Below, one piece after another: positions 15,933 through 19,039 of a stretch of DNA of 19,039 bases. Position numbers and translations under genes: made by a program. This DNA is from Bdellovibrionota bacterium (lineage in GTDB: Bacteria; Bdellovibrionota; UBA1018; UBA923). The notes beneath the pieces were generated by a model. It saw only the letters and a list, made by a program, of their open reading frames with translations, searched no databases and was not told the DNA's origin. Every line of letters starts with the position of its first letter. Within the stretch, counting starts at the first letter, position 1. The stretch spans positions 1-19,039 of the forward strand of contig JBFMCE010000077.1 of assembly GCA_040754655.1 (NCBI GenBank). The letters are read 5' to 3'.

Positions 15933-17114
15933 ATGGGGAAATACAAATTCGATTGTTTGGACTTTCGCGGCTATAAGCCCTGCGTCGCAAAGAAAACTTG
16001 CGACACTTGTGATCAATACGAACCCTGGGATCGAAAGATTGTCATCGTAAAACTAGGCGCCCTGGGCGATGTGATGCGCACGACGCCGGTGCTCTATGCC
16101 TTGAAGCGCAAGTATCCGCGAGCGCAAATCACTTGGGTCACTAAGCGCAACGCGAAAGACATGCTCGAAACGAGCCCTCGCATTCACCGTTTGGTTTATG
16201 TCGACCAGCCCGACGGCGGAGGCATGTTGCGTTTGCTGGCGGAAGAGTTTGATGAAATGCACTGCTACGATAAAGAAGACGCGGCCATCTCTCTTGCCAC
16301 CCTGATCAAAGCCAAAAAGAAGTACGGATTTCATATGAATTCGCTGGGGCAAATGGCTCCTTTGAACGAGGCTTCGGAATACTGTTTTGATCTTGGGCTT
16401 TCTGACGAACTGAAGTTCCATAAAAACCAGAAGACCTATCAGGAGTTGACCTACGACTGTTCCGAGCTTCAGGTGCCGGATTCCATGGATCCCTATGATT
16501 TTAATTTACGTGACTCTGATCGAGAGGCTGCACGGTTTTTAATGACGAGGTTGCGTTGGGACACTAAAAGAGGCGTCAGCCGTCCTCCGGTCATTGGGTT
16601 GAATACAGGCTCTGGAAAGGTTTTTCGGACCAAGCAATGGTTAGAGGAGTATTTTCTCGAGCTTAGCAAGCAGCTCAAAAAGAAGCTCAAAGCCCGAATT
16701 ATCTTATTGGGAGGCGAAGATGAAGATGCCCGCAATAAGCGGCTTTCAGCCAAACTTAAGGGAATCGCGTATTATCCCGGTGGATCCTTTTCAATAAGGC
16801 AGTTTGCCGGTCTTCTTGAGCAATGTGACTTGTTGGTCACGGGCGATACCTTAGCAATGCACTTGAGTTTAGCAGTCGGAACTCCTCCAATTGTTTTATT
16901 TGGGTCTACTTGTGAACAAGAAGTTGATCTCTATGGAACGGGCCAGAAACTTGTTTCAAAGCCCGCGTGTGCCCCATGTTACAAAAACGAGTGTGATCAG
17001 CCAGATTGGATGAGGTGTATGAAAGACATCACCCCCGCTCAAGTATTACAGGCTGCAACCCAAATTCTTCGTATTCGAGGTAATTCTACTCGTCCCCCTC
17101 GACGTCCTGCTTGA
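15933..17114 (+). CDS. Glycosyltransferase family 9 (ADP-heptose:LPS heptosyltransferase-like) with N- and C-terminal Cys clusters
   Basis: KLGALGDVMRTTP, YPRAQITWV, IGLNTGSG...KQW, LLVTGDTLAMHLSLA and LFGST. Cys clusters CLDFRGYKPC..CDTC and CAPCYKNEC..C. ATG 15933 preferred over 15843. Confidence 0.88.
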   Translation: MGKYKFDCLDFRGYKPCVAKKTCDTCDQYEPWDRKIVIVKLGALGDVMRTTPVLYALKRKYPRAQITWVTKRNAKDMLETSPRIHRLVYVDQPDGGGMLRLLAEEFDEMHCYDKEDAAISLATLIKAKKKYGFHMNSLGQMAPLNEASEYCFDLGLSDELKFHKNQKTYQELTYDCSELQVPDSMDPYDFNLRDSDREAARFLMTRLRWDTKRGVSRPPVIGLNTGSGKVFRTKQWLEEYFLELSKQLKKKLKARIILLGGEDEDARNKRLSAKLKGIAYYPGGSFSIRQFAGLLEQCDLLVTGDTLAMHLSLAVGTPPIVLFGSTCEQEVDLYGTGQKLVSKPACAPCYKNECDQPDWMRCMKDITPAQVLQAATQILRIRGNSTRPPRRPA

Positions 17115-17136
17115 GTAACCTAAAAGTTGGTGTTAT

Positions 17137-17544
17137 ATGCACCCTCCTATGGGAAAACAGGTAGGAATTTTTATTCGTGAAATGCGTGAAAAACGCGGTC
17201 TAAGTCAAGGCGATGTCGCAAGACTGCTGAAACTCAAGACGGCTCAGTCTATTAGCAACATTGAGAGAGGAGTTTCTCCGCTTCCGCGCACGAAGATCAA
17301 GCGCTTGGCGGATATCCTTGGAATCAGAAAGAGCGAAATTGTAACCATCGTTTTACGAGAAGTTCAAGACCGCTACTCCAAGGTTGTTGGGGTACAAGGT
17401 GGCTCAATCTTGGTTTCCAGTGGCTTGAAGTCCGATGAGTTTGAGCTGCTCCAAGGTCTCGCTGAGAGATTGCGTGAGTCCAAGAGTGGACAGCGTGCAG
17501 TACTCAAAAAGCAAATGAGAAAAATCGTTAGCTACAACGCTTAA
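17137..17544 (+). CDS. XRE-family helix-turn-helix transcriptional regulator
   Basis: IREMREKRGLSQGDVARLL...QSISNIERGVSPLP is a classic HTH_XRE motif. The true start may be ATG 17149. Confidence 0.88.
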   Translation: MHPPMGKQVGIFIREMREKRGLSQGDVARLLKLKTAQSISNIERGVSPLPRTKIKRLADILGIRKSEIVTIVLREVQDRYSKVVGVQGGSILVSSGLKSDEFELLQGLAERLRESKSGQRAVLKKQMRKIVSYNA

Positions 17545-17939
17545 CGATCCTTTTTTACACGATTTTTCGTGTTCTTCTTCTCAAGACTTTTGTGTGCTTG
17601 TTGATGGTACTGGTCCTTTTGGGATTGGACCATCAACAATGAGTGCATAGCTTTAAGTTCAGCAATTTCATATTGTGATAGGGCTTGGTCCGTCCAGCCT
17701 TTCGACTCATAGGTTTGTGCTAGCGCCAGGTGAGCCGCGGGGTTGTCAGGGTCTTGCCTTGTTGTGTCTGCGAAGAAATAGAGGGCTGAGTCGAGTTTTC
17801 CTTTTTTGAGGGCGACTTTTCCTTTTTCATAACTTGAAGCGAGTTTCGTTTGATGGAAGTGGTCCAGGCCGATTGCGGCGACCAGCAGTAAAAGAAAGAT
17901 GGCTGGTTTTTCGTATTGCTTCAGAGTTGCCAGGCGCAT
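17541..17939 (-). CDS. Membrane-anchored tetratricopeptide-repeat protein
   Basis: N-terminal TM (AIFLLLLVAAIGL) followed by TPR-like repeats YEKGKVALKKGKLDSALYFF..DPDNPAAHLALAQTYESKGWTDQALSQYE. Confidence 0.8.
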   Translation of the reverse strand: MRLATLKQYEKPAIFLLLLVAAIGLDHFHQTKLASSYEKGKVALKKGKLDSALYFFADTTRQDPDNPAAHLALAQTYESKGWTDQALSQYEIAELKAMHSLLMVQSQKDQYHQQAHKSLEKKNTKNRVKKDR

Positions 17940-17964
17940 GCTTTAACTTTAAACGATAATCTCA

Positions 17965-18957
17965 ATGTCGGTTGAATTATTTCCAGTGTCGCAAGTGATC
18001 GTTGTCGGGGGTACGGGTCAAACCGGGCATCGCCTCCTGATGCGGTTGTGTGATGTCCGTCCGCATGCGAAGGTCTACGCAACCTCACGCACTGTGGGCG
18101 AGGACGGTTTTCCTTCGGGAGATCATCCTCAGCTCGTGAAAGATCATTTTCATGAATGGAAAACCAAAGTCTCTTGGCATGGGCTGAACCTTGAGGCCGA
18201 TGGACGGACTTTAAAAGAGCGACTCCGTTCTCTTGGCTTGTCACTTGACCCTAAAGCCTCGACGGTGCTTCTCTTCTCGGCGGCGTTTACGAACGTCGAG
18301 GTGTGCGAGACCGATCCACCGAAGTGCAATTTGGTCAACGAGCAGAATACCATCGCCGTTCTTCAATGGGCCAGGCGGTTGTTCAACGCGAAACTTGTGT
18401 TTTACAGCACCGATTATGTATTTGACGGCCAAGATGGGCCTTATTCAGAATCAGATTCGAAAAATCCTCTTTCACAGTATGGGCGATCTAAGGCCGTGGT
18501 GGAAGAATGGTTAGAACGCAATGCGCCTGAGGCGTCGCTTATTCTTCGCACCACCGGAGTTTATGATTACTTGCCTGGCTCAAAAAATTTTTTGATGCAG
18601 ATGTTAGACTTATGGAGCCAGGGCAAGACAACCCGGATTCCCGCGGACCAATTCGCTAACCCGACCTGGGCTGATGATCTTGCTCGGGCAACACTTGAGC
18701 TTATTGCGGCCGGATCAAGCGGCGTTTTTCACGTGGCCGGCGCGAGTCATTTGGCGCGGCACGAGTTCGCAAGACTGATCGCCAAGGTGTTTGGATGCCA
18801 AGAAAGTTTGATCCTGCCCGTAAGGACCAATGAACTTCACCAGAAAGCTCGACGCCCGTTGAAAGGTGGCTTGAAGACGGAAAAGCTTGAGGCAAAGCTG
18901 GGATGGGCGCCCGCAGGCGTGCAAAAGGTGCTCGAATATTTCAAGACATCTTTTTAA
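17965..18957 (+). CDS. rfbD: dTDP-4-dehydrorhamnose reductase (RmlD/RfbD)-family SDR
   Basis: GGTGQTG Rossmann motif, AAFTNVEVCETDP, YSTDYVFDG, PYSESD..NPLSQYGRSK (YxxxK), DQFANPT and GVFHVAG. Confidence 0.82.
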   Translation: MSVELFPVSQVIVVGGTGQTGHRLLMRLCDVRPHAKVYATSRTVGEDGFPSGDHPQLVKDHFHEWKTKVSWHGLNLEADGRTLKERLRSLGLSLDPKASTVLLFSAAFTNVEVCETDPPKCNLVNEQNTIAVLQWARRLFNAKLVFYSTDYVFDGQDGPYSESDSKNPLSQYGRSKAVVEEWLERNAPEASLILRTTGVYDYLPGSKNFLMQMLDLWSQGKTTRIPADQFANPTWADDLARATLELIAAGSSGVFHVAGASHLARHEFARLIAKVFGCQESLILPVRTNELHQKARRPLKGGLKTEKLEAKLGWAPAGVQKVLEYFKTSF

Positions 18958-19039
18958 TTAAAATCAATTTATGCCATTGCAATCAGAGCTTTCCATGGAT
19001 TTCGGGCAATTTTTGCCATGCCTGTAGACGCCCTCATCT

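Noticed and set aside
17137..17544. XRE gene as a prophage repressor or TA antitoxin
   Set aside because: No phage genes, peptidase S24 domain or adjacent toxin. It sits among housekeeping envelope genes.
1..19039. CRISPR arrays, tRNA/rRNA, transposases, integrases, and the remaining short overlapping ORFs in the track
   Set aside because: No repeat-spacer periodicity, RNA-gene signatures or recombinase motifs were seen. The short ORFs are alternative-frame shadows of well-supported genes.

Overview
A gene-dense bacterial chromosomal segment of moderate GC, with no rRNA, tRNA, CRISPR array or mobile element visible. The many Cys-rich secreted hypothetical proteins, sigma-54 promoters and a myxobacterial-type kinase remnant suggest a Bdellovibrionota/Oligoflexia-like or other deltaproteobacterial organism; this is inference, not verified. 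Left half: secreted hypothetical proteins, two divergent sigma-54 promoters (one apparently driving a 25-aa membrane peptide missing from the ORF track), a PIG-B/Alg9-like GT22 mannosyltransferase, a persulfide dioxygenase-rhodanese fusion and a 913-aa Cys-rich ORF. That ORF has an N-terminal signal peptide plus a complete internal lipoprotein signal peptide, making it a candidate membrane-processed polyprotein. Right half: a cell-envelope glycosylation cluster (three GT2s including a DPM1-like synthase, DUF2304, a YfhO/PTPS-related GT-C-like membrane protein, a Cys-cluster GT9 and an RmlD-like reductase), plus a PhyH-family dioxygenase, a membrane pseudokinase, an XRE regulator and a TPR protein. 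All family assignments come from motif recognition by eye, without database searches.
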